Source of the DNA: an uncultured virus (IMG/VR IMGVR_UViG_3300047548_000197)
Lineage: Duplodnaviria; Heunggongvirae; Uroviricota; Caudoviricetes
Virus record (IMG/VR): IMGVR_UViG_3300047548_000197
Strand: one strand, 5' to 3'
DNA: 64,000 bases
The stretch's first letter is position 1, and each line of letters opens with the position of its first letter. The translations under genes and the position numbers were made by a program. The notes below the pieces were generated by a model. The model searched no databases and had not been told where the DNA came from. It saw only the letters and a list, made by a program, of their open reading frames with translations. Below are positions 1 to 9,867 of the stretch, in pieces.

Positions 1-722
1 AGAACAGCATCCCATGGGAATCCAGCCTAGCAGTTGGAAAGAACAAACAAATCTTCGCGAGTGTAAGAGGTAAGTTAGATGTTGCGAATAAAGAACTTGG
101 TGCCGAGCGAGGTGAGGCTCCTGATGCAGTTGGTACTGGCAATCGCTTTAGTCATCTTATGGCTATTGCTCCCAATGCTTCTTCTTCCATTCTCATGGGG
201 AATACTTCTCCTAGTATTGAACCTTATCGTGCCAACGCTTATCGCCAAGACACTCTATCGGGTTCTCACCTAAATAAAAACCGATTCCTCGATATCGTTA
301 TTAAGGAAGAGGCTAAGAAACATGATGAAGAATGGTACAACGAAGTTTGGCGTTCGATTATTGCGAATGATGGTTCAGTTCAGCACTTGGATTGGATGGA
401 CGACTGGAACAAAGATGTTTTCAAGACGTCTATGGAAATTGACCAGCGTTGGGTCGTCCAACATGCCGCAGACAGGCAAGTACATATAGACCAAGCGCAG
501 TCTTTGAACGTGTTCTTTAGACCTGATAGTCATATCAAATATATCCACGCTGTACACTTTATGGCATGGAAGTTAAAGTTAAAGACTATGTACTATTGCC
601 GTAGTGATAAGATCGCTAAAGCAGACAAGGTTTCCAAGCGCATCGAACGTGAAGTGATTAAAGAAATTGACTTGACTGCTATGACTGGTGATGAGTCTGT
701 ATGTTTGGCATGTGAAGGGTAA
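1..722 (+). CDS. nrdA: Ribonucleotide reductase class Ia alpha subunit, C-terminal part (starts before window)
   Basis: APNASSS...SIEP, DQAQSLN, KTMYYCR and C-terminal CLACEG motifs; frame open to the window start. Confidence 0.95.
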   Translation, partial: NSIPWESSLAVGKNKQIFASVRGKLDVANKELGAERGEAPDAVGTGNRFSHLMAIAPNASSSILMGNTSPSIEPYRANAYRQDTLSGSHLNKNRFLDIVIKEEAKKHDEEWYNEVWRSIIANDGSVQHLDWMDDWNKDVFKTSMEIDQRWVVQHAADRQVHIDQAQSLNVFFRPDSHIKYIHAVHFMAWKLKLKTMYYCRSDKIAKADKVSKRIEREVIKEIDLTAMTGDESVCLACEG

Positions 723-724
723 TC

Positions 725-913
725 ATGGACGCATACGATATCTGTCATAAAATCCAAAAATACTGGATGGCGCTTGTTCCAAAGAACAGCGGTGAGTTAC
801 CAAAATCTAAAGAACCTGTAAAGGTAATTGTGTTAACTGATGATGGATATCGCGAAGTTCGCGGTGTCGTGATAAACGAAGGACGTATAGAACTAATACT
901 GGACAACGAATAA
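725..913 (+). CDS. Hypothetical protein
   Basis: 62-aa ORF tightly packed between nrdA and nrdB. Confidence 0.6.
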   Translation: MDAYDICHKIQKYWMALVPKNSGELPKSKEPVKVIVLTDDGYREVRGVVINEGRIELILDNE

Positions 914-1908
914 TGGTAAAGAAACAACATAACTTAACAGACGAAAGAACGTACTTTAAACCGTTCAACTACCCATGGGCATATGACGCATGGCTCAAAC
1001 ACGAACAAGCACACTGGCTACACACTGAAGTGCCAATGCTTGAGGATGTTAAAGATTGGAAAAAGAAATTAACAAAAGAAGAAAAAGAGTTTTTGACAAA
1101 CATCTTCCGTTTCTTCACACAAGGCGACATCGACGTTGCTGGTGGTTATGTTAACAACTATCTTCCACATTTTAAGCAACCTGAAGTTCGTATGATGCTA
1201 TTGGGCTTTGCTGCTCGTGAAGCCTTGCACATTGCTGCTTACTCTCACTTGATTGAAACACTCGGTCTACCAGAAGTGACTTACAGCCAGTTCTTGGAAT
1301 ACCAAGAGATGAGAGACAAACATGACTACGTATTAGAGATCGCTTCTAAGAGTGGTAATGTTACTGATACTGCCACACACATTGCTGTGTTCTCTGCCTT
1401 TACTGAAGGTATGCAGTTGTTCTCTTCTTTCATCATGTTACTGAACTTCCCACGTCATGGTATGATGAAGGGTATGGGACAGATTGTCACTTGGTCTATT
1501 GTTGATGAAACAATGCATGCCGAGAACATGATCAAGCTGTTCAAGACATATATCAAAGAACATCCAGAAATCTGGAACGATGAACTCAAAGGACGTATCT
1601 ATAGTATTGCTGAACGTATGGTTGAACTAGAAGACAAGTTTATTGATTTGGCTTATATCACAACTGGCGGATCTATGCGAAACTTAGATAAGGCAGATGT
1701 AAAACAATATATCCGTTATATTGCAGATCGCCGTTTAATCACTATGGGATTAAAGGGTATCTTTAAAGTAAAAAAGAATCCTCTACCTTGGGTTGAGGAG
1801 ATGATTAATGCCCCAGTACACGGTAACTTCTTTGAGAACCGTGTAACAGATTACGCAAAGGGCGCATTGTCTGGCACTTGGGATGATGTTTGGGGTAAGG
1901 CTGCTTAA
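913..1908 (+). CDS. nrdB: Ribonucleotide reductase beta subunit
   Basis: FFTQGDIDV, REALHIAAYS, EGMQLFSSF, DETMH, NFFENRVTDY diiron motifs. Confidence 0.97.
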   Translation: MVKKQHNLTDERTYFKPFNYPWAYDAWLKHEQAHWLHTEVPMLEDVKDWKKKLTKEEKEFLTNIFRFFTQGDIDVAGGYVNNYLPHFKQPEVRMMLLGFAAREALHIAAYSHLIETLGLPEVTYSQFLEYQEMRDKHDYVLEIASKSGNVTDTATHIAVFSAFTEGMQLFSSFIMLLNFPRHGMMKGMGQIVTWSIVDETMHAENMIKLFKTYIKEHPEIWNDELKGRIYSIAERMVELEDKFIDLAYITTGGSMRNLDKADVKQYIRYIADRRLITMGLKGIFKVKKNPLPWVEEMINAPVHGNFFENRVTDYAKGALSGTWDDVWGKAA

Positions 1909-2534
1909 TGTTAGAAACTATTTGTGATACAATGGTTGAAGCATACCGTCGCAACTGGATTACTAGCCGCGACGGTAATGTGAGTATTCGCCATCATGAC
2001 CGTGATCATTTCTATATCACTCCAAGTGGTATCCGCAAGCAAACCATGCAACCTGATCAATTTAAGAAGATCAGCATACATGGTTTGCTGTGGCAAGAAG
2101 AACGCTACACTGATATCAGCGCTAACCTAAGACCAAGTGGAGAGATTCCTCTCCACTTTGGTTTGCAGAGAGCTATGGGTCAACACAGTAACGATGTTCG
2201 TGTAGTTGTTCATGTGCATCCAACATATTGTATTGCTGCCATGCATGCTGGTATTGACCTAAGTACTATCAGCAGCGCATTCCCAGAACTTAATCGTTAC
2301 ACCAAGGTTGCGCCAAATGTAGGAGACGTGCCGCCAATCAGTCAAGAACTAGCTGATCAATGTTTTGAGAAATTAGAACTAGATGAATATGGAAATATTG
2401 CATATGATATCGTTGGCATTAAGGGACATGGAGTAGTTGCTATTGACACTAGCCCATGGCGTGCGTTTGAACACATAGAAAGATTAGAACATATTTGTCA
2501 GATTGTTCTAGCTTCTGGAAAGATAAACTGTTAA
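1908..2534 (+). CDS. Class II aldolase/adducin family protein
   Basis: DGNVS, FYITPSG, PSGEIPLH, VVHVHP, GHGVV, IERLEH motifs. Confidence 0.85.
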   Translation: MLETICDTMVEAYRRNWITSRDGNVSIRHHDRDHFYITPSGIRKQTMQPDQFKKISIHGLLWQEERYTDISANLRPSGEIPLHFGLQRAMGQHSNDVRVVVHVHPTYCIAAMHAGIDLSTISSAFPELNRYTKVAPNVGDVPPISQELADQCFEKLELDEYGNIAYDIVGIKGHGVVAIDTSPWRAFEHIERLEHICQIVLASGKINC

Positions 2535-2553
2535 GTAAAGATAGGAACAAGTA

Positions 2554-2700
2554 ATGCCAACAAGACATTTTGAATGTACAGAATGTGAAGCGCGTGGTAA
2601 GATCATCGTCAAAGGTGATGACCACAGACTGGAAGATATTGTCTACTGCCCAGTCTGCTCTGCAGACATTTATGAAGAAGAAGAGTTCGACGAAGAATAA
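2554..2700 (+). CDS. Small zinc-ribbon protein with acidic tail (48 aa)
   Basis: Read by hand: MPTRHFECTECEARGKIIVKGDDHRLEDIVYCPVCSADIYEEEEFDEE; AGGA RBS; two CxxC. Confidence 0.7.
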   Translation: MPTRHFECTECEARGKIIVKGDDHRLEDIVYCPVCSADIYEEEEFDEE

Positions 2701-2740
2701 CATCACTGGATAAATAGTTCTTTTATGACTATTATCCATA

Positions 2741-3166
2741 ATGTGGCTTTACGAAAACGAACAGATAAATGAACTTCCTTCCGATTGTATTGGTTTTGTA
2801 TATCTTATTACAAATAATACCAACGGTAGGAAGTACATTGGTAAAAAACTTGCAAAGTTCTCAAGAACTACTACTAAAACAGTCGTTCTAAAGAATGGCA
2901 CCAAGAAAAAGAAAAAGATCAAATCAAAGATTGATTCTGATTGGTTAGATTATTATGGCTCATCTATTGAGCTAAACAAAGACGTAGAATCTCTCGGTAA
3001 GGGTAACTTTACTCGAGAGATTTTGTTTTTCTGCAAATCAAAAGCAGAATGTTCTTACATAGAAGCTAGGGAGCAGTTTACAAGGAAAGTGCTCGAATCC
3101 GATGACTACTATAATGGACAGATATCTGTCCGTGTTCACGGGTCACACATCAAAGGAAAGATATGA
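2741..3166 (+). CDS. denA: GIY-YIG endonuclease (T4 endonuclease II-like)
   Basis: GFVYLITN...KYIGKK motif, YYNG; position after nrdB as in T4. Confidence 0.7.
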   Translation: MWLYENEQINELPSDCIGFVYLITNNTNGRKYIGKKLAKFSRTTTKTVVLKNGTKKKKKIKSKIDSDWLDYYGSSIELNKDVESLGKGNFTREILFFCKSKAECSYIEAREQFTRKVLESDDYYNGQISVRVHGSHIKGKI

Positions 3167-4221
3167 AATATCTACTATTTGCAATTGCATTAGGATTATC
3201 AACAGTAGCTGAGTGGTATGCCATCGTTGGTTTAATGGCTATCTTTGCTGCAGCACCTATACCAATTGCTATCATGGGCGTATTATTAGGCGCTGCTAAA
3301 CTTGTTATTGCTTCATGGTTGTATCGTAACTGGAAAGAAATTCCAGTGTTAATGAAGACATACTTTACTGCATCCTTGATCATATTGATGTTCTTGACAT
3401 CAATGGGTATCTTTGGATTCTTGTCCAAGGCTCACTTGGACCAAGCTGTGCCATCTGGTGATATCGTGGCAAAGCTAAGCATTGTTGATGATAAGATTAA
3501 AACCGCAAAGGATAATATTGATGCGAATCGCCGAGCACTCAAGCAGCTTGATGAGGCTGTGGACCAAGTTATGGGTAGAAGTCAAGACGAAAAGGGTGCC
3601 GAAAAAGCGGTTGCGATTCGTCGTGGGCAGACCAAAGAACGCGCTAGATTACTTCAAGATATTGAAGCCGAACAGAAAACTGTTGCCAAACTTAATGAGG
3701 AAAGGGCACCCATCGCCACTGAAGTACGTAAGGTGGAAGCAGAGGTTGGTCCAATAAAATATATTGCTGCTGTTATCTACGGTGATCAGCTAGGTGATGA
3801 CATTTTAGAAAAAGCAGTGCGTGCAGTAACCATGTTGATTGTTGCTGTGTTTGATCCGCTGGCAGTGCTGTTACTGATTGCTGCCAACTGGCAAATGCGT
3901 AGAGAACAAGTGGTGGTACAGCCACCACAAGAAGAAACGTATAAGCCAGATGCATGGCTTGCTGATGTTGGTGAACCACCAACTGAACAAGAAAAGAAAT
4001 CTATCGAGGATTTTGTACCACAGCCACAAGAATACATTTCTGAAGAGCCTTTAGATATTGTGGTTGATGAAACCAAAGATTGGGATCCTAAACTATATCA
4101 AAGAACAGAACCGAAGATGCATTGGACTCCAAAGGCTCAATCTTTCTTATCAAAGGTGCGTGAAGTATTCAATTCAAAGACTATTGAATCAGAAGTGGAA
4201 GATCTGCAGAAATCTAAATAA
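3163..4221 (+). CDS. Membrane protein with coiled coil
   Basis: Three N-terminal hydrophobic helices, coiled coil, FDPLAV helix, acidic tail. Confidence 0.75.
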   Translation: MKYLLFAIALGLSTVAEWYAIVGLMAIFAAAPIPIAIMGVLLGAAKLVIASWLYRNWKEIPVLMKTYFTASLIILMFLTSMGIFGFLSKAHLDQAVPSGDIVAKLSIVDDKIKTAKDNIDANRRALKQLDEAVDQVMGRSQDEKGAEKAVAIRRGQTKERARLLQDIEAEQKTVAKLNEERAPIATEVRKVEAEVGPIKYIAAVIYGDQLGDDILEKAVRAVTMLIVAVFDPLAVLLLIAANWQMRREQVVVQPPQEETYKPDAWLADVGEPPTEQEKKSIEDFVPQPQEYISEEPLDIVVDETKDWDPKLYQRTEPKMHWTPKAQSFLSKVREVFNSKTIESEVEDLQKSK

Positions 4222-4259
4222 CAATGTAGTTCCCTACAATTATAACAACAAGGATTATC

Positions 4260-4736
4260 ATGTACAAAAAGATCGCTACAGCGGTGCTTTTTGTTATGGC
4301 TACATCAACAGCGATGGCTATCGATCCCATCGTAACTGACTCGACTTCTAGAAGCACCACAGATTCTAACAGCACAAGCACAACGACTGTTAAATCACCT
4401 CCTCCAACTGCAGTTGCTCCTGCAATCACTGTAATCAACTCAGACGTTTGCGCAGTCGGCGCATCAGCAGCAGTGCAAACTCAGATTCTTGGTATCTCCA
4501 TGGGTGGTACTATGACTGACAAAAACTGCGAACGTCTAAAACTTGCCCGTGGTATTTACGACATGGGTATGAAGGTTGCTGCAGTTTCTATCATGTGTCA
4601 AGATGAACGTGTGTTCACTGCCATGATGAATGCTGGTACTCCATGTCCAGTAGACGGCAAAATCGGCGAGCAAGCTAAAGCAATCTGGGAAGCCAACCCA
4701 GAAAAGATCCCACAAAAAGTTAAAAGCAAGGACTAA
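4260..4736 (+). CDS. Secreted Cys-containing hypothetical protein
   Basis: Signal peptide, S/T-rich linker, four Cys; CTAAATA late-like motif upstream. Confidence 0.75.
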   Translation: MYKKIATAVLFVMATSTAMAIDPIVTDSTSRSTTDSNSTSTTTVKSPPPTAVAPAITVINSDVCAVGASAAVQTQILGISMGGTMTDKNCERLKLARGIYDMGMKVAAVSIMCQDERVFTAMMNAGTPCPVDGKIGEQAKAIWEANPEKIPQKVKSKD

Positions 4737-4738
4737 CC

Positions 4739-6544
4739 GTGTCTAGACTGGTTAGTCTTGTACTTGGTTTTGTACTGAGTTGCTCAGTAGCACAAGCACA
4801 AATAAATGTTGTACCAGTTAATAGCGGTACAGGCAATCTTGTATCCATCCCGATTCCAGGTGGTTCTGGTTTATCGGTAACAGTTGGTACGGGATCCGCT
4901 GCACTGCCTCTCCAGGAAATTAAAAATAATCCCAATGCTGTTAATATAACAACACACGACGATTCTTATAATAATGTTCCACTGGGTTTTGACTTTCCGT
5001 TTTATGGAAGAGTGTTTAACAACTCTTGGGCTATGACCAATGGTTTAGTTACATTCCAAGATCCTACTCAATCTGGTCTAGGTGGCGCTTGCTGTGAGGG
5101 TGTTGACTTAAGAACTACTACAGATCCAAGATATAACTACACCATCTACGGGTTGCATACAGATCTTTATTCTTGGAATGGACAGAATCAATATTACCTG
5201 CGTGAAGGTAATAGTATGACTTACGGTTGGTATGGGGTTAGTCAATGTTGTAGTTCTCAGGGTGGTAATAGTTTTGAGATTAAAATCAACTCTGCTGGTT
5301 TAGTTGATACACGTATTACAGGGGCAATGGTTTCTGGTAATAGAGTAACATCTGGTATGGCAGGTGACTTGTCTAAAGGTGAGTACTATCAGTACTATCA
5401 CGGTTCTGGTATAAACATAACACCTGGAAGCTCAAGCATTTTTAGTTGGCAAGCACTTGGTGGAACTGGCGCGCTAGATCAATGTATTATCAATCCACTA
5501 TCATCCCCAACTTGCTCAGGATACCAAGCTGCTTATACTACTCAGCAGTGTACTATTAGTGCTCTGTACGATCCATCATGCCCAGGATACCAAGCTGCGT
5601 ACTTTACACAACAGTGCACATTAAACCCATTGTATGATAGAAGCTGTTCAGGTTATGAAACTGCATATCACGATCAACAGTGTTCTATCAATGCTTTATA
5701 TGCTACTGACTGCAGAGGTTATGCTGCAGCATACTTAGAGCAACAATGTTCACTCAATCCACTATATTCTACAACTTGTTCTGGATACGCCAAGGCTTAC
5801 TTTGACCAGCAGTGTTCTCTGAATGGTTTATATGATCGCACTTGCCCTAATTACGGTGAGGCATACGCTAAAAAGATGTTGCTTGAACAACAAGGTATGG
5901 CTTCAACTGTCGCTACAGCTGGTGTGATCGCTCAGACTGCTCCAGTAGCTACTGTTGGCTCAGAAGGTTCTGTTTCTACTGCTCCATCATCAACTGGTAA
6001 CTCAACAGTAGATAAAGTTATCTCCACTCCAGCACCAACTGCAAATGCTGCAGCAGCACCTGCTGCTCCAGTTCAACTGACAGCCCCCGCACCAGCACAA
6101 CAACAGCAACAGGCGCAGCAAGAAAAGAAACCTGAGGGTGGTGAAAAACCTGCTGGTGGTCCAACGCAAATGGCTCAAGCGCCCAGCGGTGATAAGCCAG
6201 CTCAACCTACTGCTCGTCAAGCACTAGCCGAACGTAGAGCCGAAGCAGCTAGAAAAGATGCTGTTGAAAAAGGTAAGAACTTAGCAAATGATATGGGTAA
6301 AGCTGCTGATATGGAAAGTCAAAAGGCAGTACAAAGTGTAGTTATTCAAGCTATGGGGTTTACTCCAGGCTTTGATACTTACAATAAAACTATTATTCCA
6401 GACACAACATTCTATAAACCAGTGAGTGTCTATAATAATCAAAAGAATATTGACAATCGTGCCAACTTAAGAATGTGGACTGGTACAGATAGACTACATA
6501 ATGAAATGGTCGATTCACAATACAAGGAGAAAAGAAATGACTGA
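4739..6544 (+). CDS. Secreted protein with NIDO-like domain and six 22-aa Cys repeats
   Basis: Signal peptide; VPLGFDFPFYG..TNGLVTF; repeats QCxxxxLYxxxCxGYxxAYxxQ. Confidence 0.75.
   Translation: MSRLVSLVLGFVLSCSVAQAQINVVPVNSGTGNLVSIPIPGGSGLSVTVGTGSAALPLQEIKNNPNAVNITTHDDSYNNVPLGFDFPFYGRVFNNSWAMTNGLVTFQDPTQSGLGGACCEGVDLRTTTDPRYNYTIYGLHTDLYSWNGQNQYYLREGNSMTYGWYGVSQCCSSQGGNSFEIKINSAGLVDTRITGAMVSGNRVTSGMAGDLSKGEYYQYYHGSGINITPGSSSIFSWQALGGTGALDQCIINPLSSPTCSGYQAAYTTQQCTISALYDPSCPGYQAAYFTQQCTLNPLYDRSCSGYETAYHDQQCSINALYATDCRGYAAAYLEQQCSLNPLYSTTCSGYAKAYFDQQCSLNGLYDRTCPNYGEAYAKKMLLEQQGMASTVATAGVIAQTAPVATVGSEGSVSTAPSSTGNSTVDKVISTPAPTANAAAAPAAPVQLTAPAPAQQQQQAQQEKKPEGGEKPAGGPTQMAQAPSGDKPAQPTARQALAERRAEAARKDAVEKGKNLANDMGKAADMESQKAVQSVVIQAMGFTPGFDTYNKTIIPDTTFYKPVSVYNNQKNIDNRANLRMWTGTDRLHNEMVDSQYKEKRND
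5480..5868 (+). repeat. Six degenerate tandem 66-nt coding repeats (22 aa, 2 Cys each)
   Basis: Periodicity visible in the translation. Confidence 0.85.
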
Positions 6545-7088
6545 AGAAATTAAAGACGTCAACGCTAAGATTGATGATGCAGAAGCAGCAATGAAAAAGT
6601 ATGCCAGCAAGGACACAGTCATCAGCATTGGTGGCTACGAGTTCACACCTGCTAAACTTATGGTTGCATTCACATTGGTATCATCTACACTTGGTGGTTT
6701 GTATGGAGCATTTGAAGTTTACAAAGACTATCAAAGCATGAAAGAAAAGATTGCCAAGTACGTGTCACCAGACTTGACTGAGATCTACAAGAAACTTGAT
6801 GTTGTTCAAGTACAATCTGAAAAGTCTATGCAATACACACAAGACATCAAGAACGATTTAAAGAATGACATTCGTCGCGTTGAAGGTGTTGCTGAAAACG
6901 TAGAGCGTTCTGTCAAACAAAGTCAACGTGATACAGACCAGTCTGTTCAAGCCTTACGCAATGAAGTTCAAGCTGTGCGTAACGATCTAAGAAGCACAAC
7001 TAGGGAAGTTGACCAGACTCTAAAACAGATTGATCGTTCTGTAGACCAAAAGATCCAAAAGGCTTTAGACAACCCATTGGCTAAATAA
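6537..7088 (+). CDS. Membrane-anchored coiled-coil protein
   Basis: AGGAG RBS; one TM helix then coiled coil ending LDNPLAK. Confidence 0.75.
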   Translation: MTEEIKDVNAKIDDAEAAMKKYASKDTVISIGGYEFTPAKLMVAFTLVSSTLGGLYGAFEVYKDYQSMKEKIAKYVSPDLTEIYKKLDVVQVQSEKSMQYTQDIKNDLKNDIRRVEGVAENVERSVKQSQRDTDQSVQALRNEVQAVRNDLRSTTREVDQTLKQIDRSVDQKIQKALDNPLAK

Positions 7089-7112
7089 TCATTGTTTATA
7101 TAAGGAATTACA

Positions 7113-7643
7113 ATGGCAGAAGAAGTAAAGAAAGCGCCCACTCGAAGTGAACGCGAAGCAGCAATTAAAGATAAAGCAGGTTTAGTTATCGTTGTTATGG
7201 CATTGTTCCTAGCACTTAATACTTACTATGCCAATAGTTTCTCCAGCGCTGCGATGTCAAATTTAATCGAAGCGTCTGATACATATAACTTTTTTCAAGC
7301 AAAGTCTATCAAGCAGTCAATTGCTGAGGGTCAGCTAGAAGAAACCAAAGATCCAGCACGTAAAGAATACCTACAAAAGAAAATTGATCGCTATGAAACC
7401 GATCCAAAAACAAATGAAGGTAAGAAGGAATTGTTGGCTAAAGCCCAAGCGCACAAAGATGCTCGTAACGAAGCCAAACTTCACAGCCCTTGGTTGACAT
7501 TCTCTGGTATGTTATTCCAATTGGCTATCGTGTTGCTGTCTGCTTCTATCATCGCAGTTGATATGCGTATGTATTGGGGTTCATGGGGTGTAGGTGTCTT
7601 GGCATTAGTGCTAATGATGCAAGGTATATTTTTAATCGTCTAA
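7113..7643 (+). CDS. DUF4337-like membrane protein
   Basis: ASDTYNFFQAKSIKQ, LFQLAIVLLS motifs. Confidence 0.7.
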   Translation: MAEEVKKAPTRSEREAAIKDKAGLVIVVMALFLALNTYYANSFSSAAMSNLIEASDTYNFFQAKSIKQSIAEGQLEETKDPARKEYLQKKIDRYETDPKTNEGKKELLAKAQAHKDARNEAKLHSPWLTFSGMLFQLAIVLLSASIIAVDMRMYWGSWGVGVLALVLMMQGIFLIV

Positions 7644-7652
7644 GGAATTATA

Positions 7653-8120
7653 ATGGACTCTCAAGATAAAAATAATAATGTAATGAGTGAGAGTGAAAAG
7701 AAAAAAGAAGATTGGATGAATAGCAAGTGGCGTCCAGCCATGGGTTGGATTTACATGGGTACATGTGTTGCTGACTTTGTTCTATTCCCTATTCTATGGA
7801 GCTTGTTGCAAGCTGTATTAAAACAGCCAGTCACACAATGGCAACCACTAACATTGCAAGGTGCTGGTTTGTACCACATCGCAATGGGTGCTGTTCTTGG
7901 TATCGCTGCAATGGGTCGTACACAAGAAAAACTTGCAGGAGCAAACAATGGCGGTGCAGCAGCAATCTCCCAACCATCAATTTTGCCAACAGCACCTAGC
8001 GTACCTGCGCCAGTTGCAACCCCAGCACCAGTCGCAAGACCAGTACCCAAAGTTGCAGCAGCGCCAGTAGTTGAACTAGAAGCTGGTGACCCACCAGTGC
8101 GTAATACACGCAACGACTAA
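7653..8120 (+). CDS. Holin-like membrane protein (3TM holin family-like)
   Basis: SKWRPAMGW...GAVLGI..GRTQEK motifs. Confidence 0.6.
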   Translation: MDSQDKNNNVMSESEKKKEDWMNSKWRPAMGWIYMGTCVADFVLFPILWSLLQAVLKQPVTQWQPLTLQGAGLYHIAMGAVLGIAAMGRTQEKLAGANNGGAAAISQPSILPTAPSVPAPVATPAPVARPVPKVAAAPVVELEAGDPPVRNTRND

Positions 8121-8232
8121 AACTTTAGTTTTCTGGAAAGACCCCACCTAGTGTGGGGTTTTGTCATTTAAATTTGTCTTGCATTTGACTTTATGCCATA
8201 ATAACGGTGTTAGGGTTGATTAAGGATATATT
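8120..8232 (+). promoter_or_regulatory. Stem-loop plus sigma70-like promoter cassette
   Basis: GACCCCAC-ctagt-GTGGGGTT hairpin followed by -35/-10-like boxes (CATAAT) and AAGGA RBS. Confidence 0.6.
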
Positions 8233-8391
8233 ATGAATCTTGATACTATTAACAAAGAATTGCAGCTGATTGCAGATCTGTCTCAACAAGAATACATCGA
8301 TGCCCTTTACGATGAATTCATGGATGAGATGTATTACCTGTTAGAATGTGAGCAGTGGGAAAGAGATATGGAGTTTTATGAATTCGGTTGA
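8233..8391 (+). CDS. Small acidic hypothetical protein (52 aa)
   Basis: Read by hand: MNLDTINKELQLIADLSQQEYIDALYDEF...; RBS AAGGA. Confidence 0.6.
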   Translation: MNLDTINKELQLIADLSQQEYIDALYDEFMDEMYYLLECEQWERDMEFYEFG

Positions 8392-8647
8392 AGAAGAAAT
8401 TTTGGATATCGCGCAAGAAGAATGCGCAGAAGTAGTTGTAGCAATTAGCAAGATTCATCGATTTGGTATCGACAACTACAAACCAGGAAAACCAAAGACT
8501 AACCGTGAGCACCTTGAAGAAGAGATTGGTGACTTGGTTTGCATGTTTGACTTGATGCGCGAAAGGGGTTTGATCCGTTGGGAAAATGTGATTGAAGCCT
8601 CTGAAAAGAAACGTGAAAAGTTAAGAACTTGGAGTAATATATTATGA
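8378..8647 (+). CDS. MazG-like nucleotide pyrophosphohydrolase
   Basis: QEECAEVVVAISK and LEEEIGDL motifs. Confidence 0.75.
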   Translation: MNSVEEEILDIAQEECAEVVVAISKIHRFGIDNYKPGKPKTNREHLEEEIGDLVCMFDLMRERGLIRWENVIEASEKKREKLRTWSNIL

Positions 8648-9117
8648 TTCGTTGGATTGAAAATGTCAGTATGAGCGATGTTCATCTTGGTCATCACAGT
8701 GACCTTGGAGAGAACTGCATGCTCATTCGCATTCAAGATCCAGCCACTGAGTTTTGTCCAACAAAGCATGCATTTAAGGAAGTGCACCAGTTTGAATTCC
8801 TTGACGCTGAGGATGAAGATGGGTTTCCTGATGAGTGCAAGATCAGCGATGAGCAAGCAAGCACAATCACAAGTTTGTTGCAACGTGCGCTAGACAATCA
8901 TATGAATGTATTGGTACACTGCCATGCAGGTATCTGTCGTAGTGGTGCTGTTGTTGAAGTTGGTTCTATGATGGGGTTTACTGCCACAGAGCGTTTCCGT
9001 CAACCTAACTTGCGAGTCAAGCACAAGATGATGAAGGCTCTTGGATGGACTTACGATGCAGACGAAAAGCCTCAAGCTGATTCATGGAGAAACATGAAGT
9101 TGGCTTGGGAACAATAA
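8644..9117 (+). CDS. Protein-tyrosine/dual-specificity phosphatase-like protein
   Basis: VHCHAGICRS (HCX5R) motif. Confidence 0.85.
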   Translation: MIRWIENVSMSDVHLGHHSDLGENCMLIRIQDPATEFCPTKHAFKEVHQFEFLDAEDEDGFPDECKISDEQASTITSLLQRALDNHMNVLVHCHAGICRSGAVVEVGSMMGFTATERFRQPNLRVKHKMMKALGWTYDADEKPQADSWRNMKLAWEQ

Positions 9118-9169
9118 AGTTGCCTTGCAATAACACCTGTTGTATAATTGTTGTATGCAAAGGAGTGAT

Positions 9170-9361
9170 ATGTACCCACATAAAATTTTAATCAATGATA
9201 TCCCTGTGCCGCCTGATTCTGTTCGAGTTGCATTTGAAACAGACTACGGCACACATACATCATACTCTGAATACTTTTGTACAACAGAAGAATTCCTAGA
9301 GTTTTTTAAACCTGTTGTACAACATTATGAGAGATTGAAGAATGAACAACATTCAAACTGA
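9170..9361 (+). CDS. Hypothetical protein
   Basis: AAGGAG RBS; TATAAT promoter upstream. Confidence 0.55.
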   Translation: MYPHKILINDIPVPPDSVRVAFETDYGTHTSYSEYFCTTEEFLEFFKPVVQHYERLKNEQHSN

Positions 9362-9650
9362 AGTTAATCCAACCAACCCAGAATTTCAAACATGGCTTAA
9401 AGGAGTCTTACACGATGATGGAATCAAAGATTTGTGCATTACTTTCACCAAGAAAGATGGGACAGAGCGAAAAATGTTCTGCACTCTCTCAGAAAGCAGA
9501 ATCCCCGTTGACAAGCAACCAAAGTCAGGGGTGGAGGAAGCGACAAATAGCCCGACTAGTGGATCCGCAATTCGCGTGTTTGACACCGAAGCAAATGCAT
9601 GGCGATCATTCCGCTGGGACTCAATCAAAGACGTAAATTTCACACTTTAA
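9342..9650 (+). CDS. SH3/Sm-like beta-barrel (WYL_2-like) phage protein
   Basis: FTKKDGTERKMFCTL...FDTEANAWRSF motif. Confidence 0.7.
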   Translation: MNNIQTEVNPTNPEFQTWLKGVLHDDGIKDLCITFTKKDGTERKMFCTLSESRIPVDKQPKSGVEEATNSPTSGSAIRVFDTEANAWRSFRWDSIKDVNFTL

Positions 9651-9651
9651 T

Positions 9652-9867
9652 ATGACTATGTTTAAATTTAAACCAACCCCACTTAATATTACATTGTTTA
9701 TCGCTCTGGCGATTTTCCTAATTGTAGTATTTCCGTTCCTGTTTATTTGGGCATTGAATACACTATTTCCCGTCCTTGCAATTCAATATACTTTTGATAC
9801 TTGGTTGGCTGTTATTTTGATTCAATCATTCTTTAAAACAGCTATCACAACCAACAAGGATAAATAA
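9652..9867 (+). CDS. Small membrane protein
   Basis: Two hydrophobic helices. Confidence 0.65.
   Translation: MTMFKFKPTPLNITLFIALAIFLIVVFPFLFIWALNTLFPVLAIQYTFDTWLAVILIQSFFKTAITTNKDK

Noticed and set aside
1..1908. Intron or intein in nrdA/nrdB
   Set aside because: The visible parts are contiguous and of normal length.
2741..3166. Mobile homing endonuclease
   Set aside because: It is a short catalytic-domain-only GIY-YIG protein in the denA position, with no DNA-binding extension or flanking intron.
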